This document shows positions 1 through 9,021 of a stretch of DNA of 37,491 nt, in pieces. The notes beneath the pieces are model-generated. The model was not told where the DNA came from, did no database searches, and saw only the letters and a program-made list of their open reading frames with translations. The DNA comes from an uncultured Thiopseudomonas sp. Lineage in GTDB: Bacteria; Pseudomonadota; Gammaproteobacteria; Pseudomonadales; Pseudomonadaceae. Made by a program: the position numbers and the translations under genes. Numbering within the stretch: position 1 is the first letter of the stretch; the number at the start of each line of letters is the position of its first letter. Location: assembly GCA_964567275.1 (NCBI GenBank), contig CAZMLX010000003.1, forward strand, positions 1-37,491, in the 5' to 3' direction.

Positions 1-415
1 CACCGGGTCTTGCTTCATATTGCGACTCTTTTCATTCCGTCGTTACCCGGCTTGAGCGTATAACTTCCTGCTCTCCGTCATTCTACGTTTTGCGCAGCAA
101 AATCGCAGAATCCATGGGTTTATGTCTTCGGTGTGGCAGATCGGGCGGGGCGCTGCGCAAAGCTGCGCTGCCACGACCGCCCGGGGGCGTTCATGGCGCT
201 GAGGCTTTGCTTCGGCCCCGCCCGATCTGCGGCTACACCCTGCTGTTGGGGGAGTAGCCCGGCTGTGCCGGGCTGCTGTCGCAGGTGATTGCGGCTGGCA
301 CCGGGTCTTGCTTCATATTGCGACTCTTTTCATTCCGTCGTTACCCGGCTTGACCGGGTAACCTCCTGTTCTCCGTCATTCTCGTTTTGCGCAGCAAAAT
401 CGCAGAATCCATGGT
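1..415. repeat. Tandem composite palindromic repeat (period ~298 bp) built from CGTC-tagged REP-like hairpins
   Basis: 1-~117 recurs at 299-~414 (CACCGGGTCTTGCTTCATATTGCGACTC...CGTCGTTACCCGGCTTGA...CGTCATTCT..GTTTTGCGCAGCAAAATCGCAGAATCCATGG). There is an internal perfect 16-bp inverted repeat at 136-151/215-230. A homologous unit lies at 34036-34257. Confidence 0.9.
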
Positions 416-595
416 TTTTTTGCAAGGCAAACACCGGGTTGCGGTTCTTTGGTCGTTCCTGGCTGTTAAAAAACGGCTAAAAATGGCACTATCACATCTC
501 TTTTCGCATCGGCAGAGCGGTCTTGCAGCCAGTATCCGGCTGCAGGTACCTGCTGGCAGGCCACGAGCCTTCCGGCTGCATACAAGAGGTTATTT

Positions 596-1378
596 ATGGC
601 AACACCCGGAATCACGCCGGCACTTGAGGTGCGCAACCTGCACAAAAGCTATGGCAACCTTGAAGTCATTAAAGGCGTTTCGCTGGCGGCCTGTGATGGT
701 GATGTAATTTCCATTCTGGGTTCATCCGGCTCCGGCAAGTCCACTTTTTTGCGCTGTCTGAACCTGCTGGAGAACCCGCACCAGGGCCAGATTTTTTTCT
801 CCGGCGAGGAGCTGCAGCTCAAAGCCGACAAGACCGGCGCCCTGCAAGCGGTAAGCAATGCCCAGATCAACCGGCTGCGTACCCAGGTCGGTTTTGTATT
901 CCAGAATTTCAACCTGTGGCCGCACATGACGGTGCTCGACAATATTATCGAGGCGCCACGTCGTGTGCTGGGTCAGAGCAAGGATCAGGCCATTGCCAGT
1001 GCCGAAGCCCTGCTGGCCAAGGTCGGCATTGCCGACAAGCGCCACAGCTATCCCAATCAGTTGTCCGGCGGCCAGCAGCAACGGGCCGCCATTGCCCGTA
1101 CCCTGGCCATGCAGCCCCGGGTGATACTGTTTGATGAGCCCACTTCTGCCCTGGACCCGGAAATGGTGCAGGAAGTGCTGGGCGTCATCCGCGGGCTGGC
1201 CGATGAGGGCCGTACCATGCTGCTGGTCACCCACGAACTGGGCTTTGCCCGGCAGGTGTCGAGCCAGGTGGTGTTTTTTCACCAGGGACGCATTGAAGAG
1301 CAGGGAACCCCGGAGGCCGTGTTTGAGCGGCCGCAATCCGAGCGCTGTCGCCAGTTTATGTCCAGTCATTACCTGTGA
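596..1378 (+). CDS. aotP: Polar amino acid (arginine/ornithine/histidine type) ABC transporter ATP-binding subunit
   Basis: Walker A GSSGSGKS, signature LSGGQQQR, Walker B ILFDEPTSALDPE; GAGG RBS; first gene of a HisP/J/Q/M-type operon. Confidence 0.88.
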   Translation: MATPGITPALEVRNLHKSYGNLEVIKGVSLAACDGDVISILGSSGSGKSTFLRCLNLLENPHQGQIFFSGEELQLKADKTGALQAVSNAQINRLRTQVGFVFQNFNLWPHMTVLDNIIEAPRRVLGQSKDQAIASAEALLAKVGIADKRHSYPNQLSGGQQQRAAIARTLAMQPRVILFDEPTSALDPEMVQEVLGVIRGLADEGRTMLLVTHELGFARQVSSQVVFFHQGRIEEQGTPEAVFERPQSERCRQFMSSHYL

Positions 1379-1386
1379 GGTCTAAC

Positions 1387-2139
1387 ATGAAAACCTATAA
1401 AAAAATCCTGCTGGCCACTGCCGCCAGCCTGGCCCTGAGCAGCACTGCCATGGCCGAGAAGCTGCGTATCGGTACCGAGGGTGACTACCCTCCGTTCAAC
1501 ATGCTGAACCCGGCCGGTGAGGCCACTGGCTTCGATCTGGATATTGCCCATGCCCTGTGTGAAAAAATGGGTGCCGAGTGCTCGGTGGTGCTGTCGGACT
1601 GGGACGGCATCATTCCGGCGCTGAACGCCAAAAAGTTCGACTTCCTGGTGGCCTCCATGTCCATCACTGACGAGCGCAAGCAGGCAGTGGACTTTACCGA
1701 CCGCTATTACAGCAACGGCCTGCAGTTCGTCGCCCCGAAAAGTTCCGGCTTCACCCCGGATGCCGCCGGTGTCAAGGGCAAAACCATTGGTGCCCAGCGG
1801 GCCACCATTGCCGGCAACTGGCTGGAAGATACCTACGGTAAAGAGGTGCGCATCAAGCTGTACGACACCAATGAAAACGCTTATCTGGACCTGGCTTCCG
1901 GTCGTCTGGATGCGGTACTGGCCGACAAGTTCGTCAACTGGAAGTGGCTGGAAAGCGACATGGGCCAGGCTTTCGAGTTCAAGGGCGAGCCGGTGTTTGA
2001 AGACGACATCATCGGCATTGCCGTACGCAAGGGCGAACAGCCGCTGGTCGACCGTTTGAACAAGGCGTTGCAGGAAATCCGTGAAGACGGCACCTACCAG
2101 AAAATCAACGACAAGTACTTCCCGTTCGACATTTACTAA
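1387..2139 (+). CDS. aotJ: Periplasmic substrate-binding protein, basic amino acid ABC transporter
   Basis: Signal peptide MKTYKKILLATAASLALSSTAMA; GTEGDYPPF, WDGIIPAL, SMSITDERKQAVDF motifs; C-terminal KYFPFDIY. ATG at 1387 follows GAGG. Confidence 0.88.
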   Translation: MKTYKKILLATAASLALSSTAMAEKLRIGTEGDYPPFNMLNPAGEATGFDLDIAHALCEKMGAECSVVLSDWDGIIPALNAKKFDFLVASMSITDERKQAVDFTDRYYSNGLQFVAPKSSGFTPDAAGVKGKTIGAQRATIAGNWLEDTYGKEVRIKLYDTNENAYLDLASGRLDAVLADKFVNWKWLESDMGQAFEFKGEPVFEDDIIGIAVRKGEQPLVDRLNKALQEIREDGTYQKINDKYFPFDIY

Positions 2140-2143
2140 GCAG

Positions 2144-2171
2144 AACCCGTGACGCCGGGCGTGACGGGTTT
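2144..2171 (+). terminator. Hairpin directly after the binding-protein gene (terminator or mRNA stabiliser)
   Basis: AACCCGT-G-ACGCC-G-GGCGT-G-ACGGGTT, followed by only a short T run. Confidence 0.45.
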
Positions 2172-2254
2172 CGTCATCGCCGGACTTGATCCGGCAAGCG
2201 CCCGGCTCATGGCACTGTCTGCCGGAAATCACCCGGTCAAACCGGGTGATAACG
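2172..2254. repeat. REP-like doublet (CGTC-tagged, CCGG-TTGA-CCGG family)
   Basis: CGTCATCGCCGGACTTGATCCGGC at 2172 and an inverted partner ATCACCCGGTCAAACCGGGTGATAACG at 2228-2254. Confidence 0.8.
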
Positions 2255-2308
2255 GTATAGCGGTAGTTTCATAACCACCCGTACGGCCTGGCCGGAAATA
2301 CTTTTCTC

Positions 2309-3004
2309 ATGATTGTTGATTTACACGGATTTGGCCCGGCCCTGCTGGCAGGCACCTGGCTAACCATCAAGCTGGCCTTGGCGGCACTGGCGCTTGGGCT
2401 GGTACTGGGCCTGGCCGGTGCACTGGCAAAAACCTCCCCTTACCGCTTGCTGCGCATTGTGGGCGACACCTATTCCACTCTGGTGCGGGGTGTGCCGGAA
2501 CTGCTCTGGGTATTGTTGATTTACTATGGCACCGTCAATGCCATGCGCAGCCTGGGCGAGATGCTGGGTATTGAAAACCTGGCGCTAAGCCCCTTTGTGG
2601 CCGGGGTGTTGGCGCTGGGCCTGTGCTTTGGCGCCTATGCCACCGAAGTATTCCGGGGTGCCCTGCTGTCGATTCCCAAAGGACAAAAAGAAGCCGGACT
2701 GGCTTTGGGCCTGCCACGCCAGCATATTTTCTGGCGGCTGGTATTGCCGCAGATGTGGCGGGTTGCCCTGCCCGGGCTGGGCAACCTGTTTATGATTTTG
2801 ATGAAAGATACGGCGCTGGTGTCGGTGGTCACACTGCATGAGCTGATGCGTATCGCCCAGAATGCGGTGTCGGTCAGCAAGCAGCCCTTCACCTTTTACA
2901 TGGTGGCAGCGGTGATCTATCTGGTATTGACCGGTTTCAGCATGCTGGCCCTGAACTGGATGGAAAAGCGTGCCGGCCGTGGCTATACAAGGACAACCGC
3001 ATGA
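2309..3004 (+). CDS. aotQ: ABC transporter permease, HisQ/AotQ type
   Basis: RGVPELL, GAYATEVFRGA, EAA-like GQKEAGLALG, LPGLGN..LMKDTALVS; hydrophobic. Confidence 0.88.
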   Translation: MIVDLHGFGPALLAGTWLTIKLALAALALGLVLGLAGALAKTSPYRLLRIVGDTYSTLVRGVPELLWVLLIYYGTVNAMRSLGEMLGIENLALSPFVAGVLALGLCFGAYATEVFRGALLSIPKGQKEAGLALGLPRQHIFWRLVLPQMWRVALPGLGNLFMILMKDTALVSVVTLHELMRIAQNAVSVSKQPFTFYMVAAVIYLVLTGFSMLALNWMEKRAGRGYTRTTA

Positions 3005-3690
3005 ACTGGGAAATTATCTGGAAGTATTTTCCCCGCATGCTGGATGGCGCCTGGCTGACGCTGGAGCTGGTGGGCATTGCTGTACTGGCCGGCTTGCTGC
3101 TGGCGATTCCGCTGGGGCTGGCACGCACCTCCCGGCACTGGTGGGTGCAGACACTGCCGTACAGCTACATATACTTTTTCCGGGGTACACCGCTGCTGTT
3201 GCAGCTGTTTCTGGTCTATTACGGGCTGGCCCAGTTTGATGGGGTCCGTAACGGGCCGCTGTGGCCCTATTTGCGCGAACCTTACTGGTGTGCGCTGATC
3301 GCCATGACCCTGCACACCTCGGCCTATATTGCCGAGATTATCCGTGGCGCCATTCGTGCGGTGCCGGCAGGCGAAATCGAAGCGGCCCGGGCGTTGGGCC
3401 TGAGCCGGGTACAAACGGTTTGGCATATCGTGTTGCCACGGGCCTGTCGCATTGGCCTGCCGGCCTACAGCAACGAAGTGATCCTGATGCTCAAAGCCAG
3501 CGCACTGGCCAGTACGGTGACGCTGATGGAGCTGACCGGGGCGGCCCGTACCATCATTGCCCGTACCTACCTGCCGGTGGAGTTCTTCTTTACCGCCGGC
3601 CTGTTCTATCTGGCGATGACCTTTATTCTGGTGCAGGGATTCCGTTTGCTGGAGCGCTGGCTGCGGGTCGACATGCTGCAGGGGCGTTAA
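3001..3690 (+). CDS. aotM: ABC transporter permease, HisM/AotM type
   Basis: FRGTPLLLQ, GEIEAARALG, LPAYSNEVILMLKASALAS; ATGA overlap with the upstream gene. Confidence 0.88.
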   Translation: MNWEIIWKYFPRMLDGAWLTLELVGIAVLAGLLLAIPLGLARTSRHWWVQTLPYSYIYFFRGTPLLLQLFLVYYGLAQFDGVRNGPLWPYLREPYWCALIAMTLHTSAYIAEIIRGAIRAVPAGEIEAARALGLSRVQTVWHIVLPRACRIGLPAYSNEVILMLKASALASTVTLMELTGAARTIIARTYLPVEFFFTAGLFYLAMTFILVQGFRLLERWLRVDMLQGR

Positions 3691-4907
3691 TGCCCGTCCC
3701 TGTAACCATGGAAGAGCGCTTTGCCGCCCTTGACCAGCTGCTGCTTGAACATAAAACCCTGTGGCAAAACCAGCCCTTTAGCCAGCGTACTCTGGACTGG
3801 GAAGCGGACCACCCTGAACTGTCCGGCTGGCTGCGGGCGCAAAGCCTGGCGCATGCCGAACAGCACCAGCTTGAACCCTGGCGGCTGGCACCGCAGGACG
3901 CAGCGGCTTGTCAGGTCTTTTCCGGCTGGGCACACAGCGCCCGTCAGCTTGGTGTTCTGGAACCGCTGCCCCGCTATCTGCTCCAGCCCTTTCCCGAGGC
4001 GCTGGCCCGGGGCGTTCCTGGCCGCAAATGGCAGCAGATCGAGGCTTTTGCCGCCTGTTTGCCGCCACAGTGGCAAGGCAGTCGCTGGCTTGACTGGTGT
4101 GCGGGAAAAGGCCATCTGGGCCGCCGGCTGGCCTGGCCGGATGACTGCCTGTGCTGTATCGAGCACGATGCGCAGCTGATTGACGCCGGCCAGCAGCTCA
4201 GTCGCCAGGCAGGGGTGCAGGCCCGTCATGTGCACTGTGATGCACTGGGCGAACAGGTGGAGCCTTATCTGGCGTCCTGTAATAGCTGGGTGGCGCTGCA
4301 TGCCTGTGGTGACCTGCATACCCGTTTGCTGCGCCATGCCAGGCAGCCCGGCCCACGCCGGCTGGCGATTGCTCCCTGTTGCTATAACCGCATTGTGGCC
4401 CGCCATTATCAGCCGCTGTCGGCACAAGGCCGGCAATCCGCCCTGCAGTTGGACCGCATCCTGCTGGGCTTGCCGCTACAGGCGACGGTGACGGCCGGCG
4501 CCGGCGAGGTACGCAAGCGCAACCGCAACATGGCCTGGCGGCTGGGGTTTGATGCGTTGCAGCGCCAGTGGCGGGGTGTCGATGCCTACCTGCCGGTTCC
4601 TTCGGCAGCCAACCGATGGACGTATGCAAGCTTTGCCGACTGGTGCCAGGCTGCTGCCGCACTCAAGGGCATTCAGCCGCAGCCGGTTAGCGATTGGCAG
4701 GCTGCCGAGCAGACCGGCTGGCAGCGGCTGGCCGAAGTGCGCAATCTGGAGCTGGTACAGGGCCTGTTTCGCCGTCCGCTGGAGCTGTGGTTGCTGCTGG
4801 ACATGGCGCTGTTGTTACGGGAACAGGGCTATAGCGTTGAGCTGGGCGAGTTTTGCCCGCAGCAGCTCACGCCCCGAAACCTGATGCTGCTGGCCTGGCG
4901 CAATTGA
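3690..4907 (+). CDS. SAM-dependent methyltransferase (Methyltrans_32-like)
   Basis: LDWCAGKGHLG, ALHACGDLH, APCCY and TPRN motifs. Start taken at ATG 3690, which overlaps the aotM stop (TAATG); the ORF extension back to 3261 lies inside aotM. Confidence 0.8.
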   Translation: MPVPVTMEERFAALDQLLLEHKTLWQNQPFSQRTLDWEADHPELSGWLRAQSLAHAEQHQLEPWRLAPQDAAACQVFSGWAHSARQLGVLEPLPRYLLQPFPEALARGVPGRKWQQIEAFAACLPPQWQGSRWLDWCAGKGHLGRRLAWPDDCLCCIEHDAQLIDAGQQLSRQAGVQARHVHCDALGEQVEPYLASCNSWVALHACGDLHTRLLRHARQPGPRRLAIAPCCYNRIVARHYQPLSAQGRQSALQLDRILLGLPLQATVTAGAGEVRKRNRNMAWRLGFDALQRQWRGVDAYLPVPSAANRWTYASFADWCQAAAALKGIQPQPVSDWQAAEQTGWQRLAEVRNLELVQGLFRRPLELWLLLDMALLLREQGYSVELGEFCPQQLTPRNLMLLAWRN

Positions 4908-4936
4908 ACCCGGCAGCGTGCTGTTACCGTGGACCG

Positions 4937-6196
4937 TCACCCGGCCGGTTCGCAAGCTGGGTCGCTGGCGACCTGGTTGACAGCATTGCGCAGCTGTTTG
5001 AGCAGGCGCCTGGTGTGGGTTGAGGCAAACACCTGGCCACCGGTATGTTCGGCAATGCAGTCGGACAGGCGGGTGTCGCTGATGTTGACCACATTGACCC
5101 TGAGTCTGGGTTGCTCCCGGGCGATGTTGGCGGCAACCGTACAGGCATCAACCTCGCAGCCATCCTCGCCATCCACAAACATCAGAATCACGGCATCCTT
5201 GTTGCGACCATCGACCAGACTGGCGGCCTGTTGCAGGCTGATGCCGAGCGGGGTGCCGCCATTGGCGGTCAGTCCGGCCAGTTCCCGGCGCAACTGCGGG
5301 TGCTGCGCATGGCTGAACAGGCCGTGGTTACGGATAGAGTGACAGCCGTTAAAGGTTAGCAACCGGGTATCAATGGCCGGGTGCAGGTCGTTGATGATTT
5401 GGTCCAGCCCCCGTTGTGCCACCTCGAACCGGGACGGGCCGGTGGTCAGTTGTTTGACTCGGGGATGATCCTTGGGCAGGTGTGTACCCCGCTCAAAATA
5501 CCAGCGTTCATCTTGGTGGCTGGTTGTGACATTGAGGTTCATCGAGCCGGATGTATCCAGCACCACCACAAAGTCGGGCGGCTCGGCGGCCGGGGTGCAG
5601 GTAAAGCTGGGTACCGGCCGAGGGTCCGGATCAACCAGCCCCCAGTAGGGCCCACGCCATTGCCACAGCCACCACAGCAGAAATAGCAGCAGTGGCAGCA
5701 GCAACAGCAGAATCAACCACCAGGGAATCAGAAAATAGCGTCGCTTCACCACCGGTGGAGGGGTAACGGGTGGCGTGACGGTCGCGCTGGCGGGATCGGG
5801 CCGGGGCGGTAGGCCCCAGCGCACCAGTACCGGCTCGTCATTGAGGCTGTACAGATTGCTAGTGTCGGCACAGCCCAGCAAAAAGCGCAGGCGTTCGGCT
5901 TCCTGTGGCTGGCCACCCGATTGCAGGGCAGCTGCCAGCTTTTCAATGGCCGTCTGGCGTTGTTGCAGCCGCTCCAGCAACTGGCTTTGCGCCTGGCTGT
6001 TGAGCTCGGCAAAAGGCCGAGGCTGGCCGCCCAGCTCACTCCACCATTGCAGGTTGCCGTCGTGACCACTACGGGGAATAGCAAACAGGCTGGCTATGCT
6101 GGGTGGAAAATGCCGCTGTAGCAGCGCCACACCCTCCGTCAGCTGTTGCAGGCTGTCGTCGCTACAGGTGAAGGTTTCCCGGGTGATGCGCTGCAT
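4937..6196 (-). CDS. SrfA-like N-terminal domain + Pro-rich linker + TM helix + C-terminal vWA domain protein
   Basis: N-terminus shares FAIP..G.L.W.S.L.G and LY...PVL..WG with the SrfA at 19776-21125. TM segment WWLILLLLLPLLLFLLWWLW. MIDAS motif VVVLDTSGSM plus GGTPL and DGED. Confidence 0.8.
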   Translation of the reverse strand: MQRITRETFTCSDDSLQQLTEGVALLQRHFPPSIASLFAIPRSGHDGNLQWWSELGGQPRPFAELNSQAQSQLLERLQQRQTAIEKLAAALQSGGQPQEAERLRFLLGCADTSNLYSLNDEPVLVRWGLPPRPDPASATVTPPVTPPPVVKRRYFLIPWWLILLLLLPLLLFLLWWLWQWRGPYWGLVDPDPRPVPSFTCTPAAEPPDFVVVLDTSGSMNLNVTTSHQDERWYFERGTHLPKDHPRVKQLTTGPSRFEVAQRGLDQIINDLHPAIDTRLLTFNGCHSIRNHGLFSHAQHPQLRRELAGLTANGGTPLGISLQQAASLVDGRNKDAVILMFVDGEDGCEVDACTVAANIAREQPRLRVNVVNISDTRLSDCIAEHTGGQVFASTHTRRLLKQLRNAVNQVASDPACEPAG

Positions 6197-6214
6197 GGGC
6201 GGTATCCTCGCTGA

Positions 6215-6727
6215 TTACTCGTAACCCAGGCTGAACTGCAGATTGGCTACCTTTTGCTGCAGGTTTTTTAGCTCCTGCTGACGTGCCTGCAGGGTAGCCG
6301 GATCGGCATTGACCATTTGCTGGCGGGCGTTGGCCATTTGCTGCTCCAAATCACTGATTTGCTTCTGCACGTCAGACTTGTTGGCATGGCGAGCCTTGAG
6401 CTGGCCCAGCAGAGAGCTGAGCGAACGGTCCAGTGCGGCCTGCTGCTTTTGCTGCTCGGCCAGACTCAGGCGGGTAGCCTGTTGCTGGGCCTGCAGGTCA
6501 GCAAAGACCTGACGGAAAGCGGCATTTTGTTCGCGGGCGGCAATCAGTTCCTGCTCGCGCTGCTGAATGCGTTCGCTGTAGGCACCGGAATGGTCGCAGT
6601 TCATTTTGGCCAGCAAGCTGGCATTGGTGTTGGAAGGGTCACAATTGGCCGGATTGCTGGCGCAGCCGGCCAGCAGCACAAGGCTGCCGGCGGCGATCAG
6701 ATGGAGGATGGGAAGGGTCCGGTTCAT
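6215..6727 (-). CDS. Coiled-coil lipoprotein
   Basis: Lipobox LAGC; Cys pair near the N-terminus; Gln/Leu-rich heptads to the C-terminus. Confidence 0.8.
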   Translation of the reverse strand: MNRTLPILHLIAAGSLVLLAGCASNPANCDPSNTNASLLAKMNCDHSGAYSERIQQREQELIAAREQNAAFRQVFADLQAQQQATRLSLAEQQKQQAALDRSLSSLLGQLKARHANKSDVQKQISDLEQQMANARQQMVNADPATLQARQQELKNLQQKVANLQFSLGYE

Positions 6728-6730
6728 GGT

Positions 6731-7453
6731 TTAGCCCAGGGTCAGTGCGGAGCGCATGTTGTAGAGATCGTCGACTTCACGTTGCAGGTTGGCGACTTTC
6801 TCGTTCATTTTGCTGATTTCGGCTTCAACCTGGGCCACGTTGTTGCCGGCACCGTTGTCACGCTCCAGCTGGGCGGTTTTCTGGTATTCGGTCACTTTTT
6901 TTTGCATGCCGGCCAGTTGCTTGTTCATCACCGCCAGGTTGGTATCGATCTGGGCGATTTCTTTCTTGGCGTTGGCCTGGTTAACCTGCTTGTTGGCGAT
7001 GTCTTTCTGGATGCTGGCAATACGCTCGCGGTCGGTGGCGATTACGCTCTGGATGGCGGCGGTCTGACCGATGACGGCTTCGGTGTCGGCCTGTACGTCC
7101 TGGCTCATCAGGGCCAGACGCTCGGAGGTGTTGGAATACTGGCTGCGACGCTGGTCGTAGTAGTAGTTGGCGCCCAGACCAACGCCGCAGCCGGCAATGG
7201 CGGCGAGAATCATGCAAGCGGCTTTGTCATTGGTATTGGATACGGCGCAGCCCAGAATGCCGACACCGGCCAGGCTGGCACAGGCGGTCAGGCCGCTGGT
7301 GGTAAAAATTTTGGCCTGTTTGTTCTGGGTCAGGCGCGGGTCGGCGGCGGTGGAGCTGTCCACCATGCTGCTGCCGGTGCTGGCACAGCCGGTCAGGATC
7401 ATGGAGCTGGCCAGGGCCAGGCTGAGCAGGGTTTTGTTGAAAAATTGATTCAT
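6731..7453 (-). CDS. Lipoprotein with Gly/Ala-rich hydrophobic hairpin and coiled-coil tail (TagQ-like by position and architecture)
   Basis: Lipobox LTGC; glycine-zipper-like segment ACASLAGVGILGC...CMILAAIAGCGVGLGA; long coiled coil; AAGGAG RBS. Confidence 0.75.
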   Translation of the reverse strand: MNQFFNKTLLSLALASSMILTGCASTGSSMVDSSTAADPRLTQNKQAKIFTTSGLTACASLAGVGILGCAVSNTNDKAACMILAAIAGCGVGLGANYYYDQRRSQYSNTSERLALMSQDVQADTEAVIGQTAAIQSVIATDRERIASIQKDIANKQVNQANAKKEIAQIDTNLAVMNKQLAGMQKKVTEYQKTAQLERDNGAGNNVAQVEAEISKMNEKVANLQREVDDLYNMRSALTLG

Positions 7454-7470
7454 GGTGTTACTCCTTGGGG

Positions 7471-9021
7471 TTATTGGCGGGCTGGTTGTTGCACTGCTTT
7501 GCAGTGTTCCAGCCAGGCTTTGGTGTCGATTTTCTGGGTTTTCAAAAAGGCCTGCTGGTTGCTCCAGTGGCTTTTCAGGTAGGGCGACAGCTCTTGCAGC
7601 TGACGGTTGGAAGCAATAATGGTCTGCAATACGGGTACCTGGCGGGCCAGGTGGGGCTCGCCATACAGGCTGGCCGACTCAACCAGACTGCTGGCGTAGT
7701 AACGGCTCAGCTTGTGCAGACGGTCTTTTTGCTCGTCCAGTTTGTCGGCCCGCATTGGGCAGCTGGCATCGGCCTCGTCGCCGCTGCAGTTGAGGTCGTA
7801 GTTTTTTTGCAGAAAGTCCAGATAGATGCCGTCGTCCAGCATTTTGGTGCAGAGAAAGGCACCCAGGTTAAGGCTGGCACGGATGGCCTGGTCGCGGGCT
7901 TCTTCCTGTTGCTGGTTGCTGGCACGCAGCTGGTTTTCCAGGCTTTTCAGCTGTTCTTTGAGGCCCTTGTCCTCAACCCCGGCCACCAGCTTTTCCAGTT
8001 CCTGCACAGTGGTTTTCTCCCCGCTGGCTGTGGTATCGCTGACGCCTAGCTGCTTCCAGCTGCGCTCGATGCTGGCCACCCGCTCGCGCGAGGTCAGGGT
8101 GGGTGACACCAGGGCCAGGCGTAGGCCAGTGGTTTTGCCGCTGGCAGCCTGGTTGCCGTCGTAGTAGTTGCGCTCTTTGCGCAGGGCGGTACGCAGCTCG
8201 CCCTGGGTGGTACGGACATCGCCACCGCGCACCACAAAGCCGCCGGCCTGGCCGTGCTGGCGGTCCAGTTTATTGAGGCGGAAAGGCTCGAATATCATTT
8301 CATCGGCGTTGCCGAGCATGTCGTGCAGACCTAGCGGGTTGGGCTTGAGCAGGCCGGTCAGCTGCAACTGGCCGTTGGATGACTGGGCACCGGCAAACCA
8401 TTCGTGGGCATTGAGGCCTTCGGGCATGGGGTAGCGGCTGTCACGGAACTCGGCGGTGCTGACCTGCAATCCGCCACGGGCGGCAAATTCCCACTCCACC
8501 TCGGTCGGCAAACGGGCAAAGCCGGGTTGGCCGTCCTCGCTGGGCAGGCTGTCGGCAGCATGCTGGCGCAGCCACAGGTTATAGTTTTCGGCGGCCTGCA
8601 TGCCTTGCAGCCAGCTGATGCCGGTCACCGGCAGGCGCAACTTGTTGGAAGGTGCCGGGCATTCGGCGTCGGTCAGGGCCCGGTATTGCAGCTGGCTCAT
8701 TTCGTACTTGGCCATCAGGTAGTGGCGTGACGCCTCGCCCGGTCCGGCGGCAAAACTGCCGGCAATAAAGGCCGGCCGGCTGTGCTCGACATAGCCCCAT
8801 TCGGCGCTGTCCTGGCCAACCTGTACCGGATAGTCGGCCAGCGGGTCCTGTAGAGGAATCGACACCTTGCGAAACACCATGAAGCCCTCGCAGGGCATGG
8901 GCAGAATCACGTCATCGGCGGCTGGCGCCGGGTTGTAAAATTTTTCGTCCCAGCCGGCCTGGGCATTGCCCAGCGCCAGCAGCAGTGGCACGGACCACAG
9001 GAAAGAAGGCTTAAAGTTCAC
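7471..9021 (-). CDS. Exported formylglycine-generating-enzyme (FGE-sulfatase) domain protein, TagR-like
   Basis: RLPTEVEWEFAARGG, NPLGLHDMLGNADEM, RGG and GLRL motifs. GTG start at 9021 with GGAG upstream gives the signal peptide VNFKPSFLWSVPLLLALGNAQA. Confidence 0.85.
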   Translation of the reverse strand: MNFKPSFLWSVPLLLALGNAQAGWDEKFYNPAPAADDVILPMPCEGFMVFRKVSIPLQDPLADYPVQVGQDSAEWGYVEHSRPAFIAGSFAAGPGEASRHYLMAKYEMSQLQYRALTDAECPAPSNKLRLPVTGISWLQGMQAAENYNLWLRQHAADSLPSEDGQPGFARLPTEVEWEFAARGGLQVSTAEFRDSRYPMPEGLNAHEWFAGAQSSNGQLQLTGLLKPNPLGLHDMLGNADEMIFEPFRLNKLDRQHGQAGGFVVRGGDVRTTQGELRTALRKERNYYDGNQAASGKTTGLRLALVSPTLTSRERVASIERSWKQLGVSDTTASGEKTTVQELEKLVAGVEDKGLKEQLKSLENQLRASNQQQEEARDQAIRASLNLGAFLCTKMLDDGIYLDFLQKNYDLNCSGDEADASCPMRADKLDEQKDRLHKLSRYYASSLVESASLYGEPHLARQVPVLQTIIASNRQLQELSPYLKSHWSNQQAFLKTQKIDTKAWLEHCKAVQQPARQ

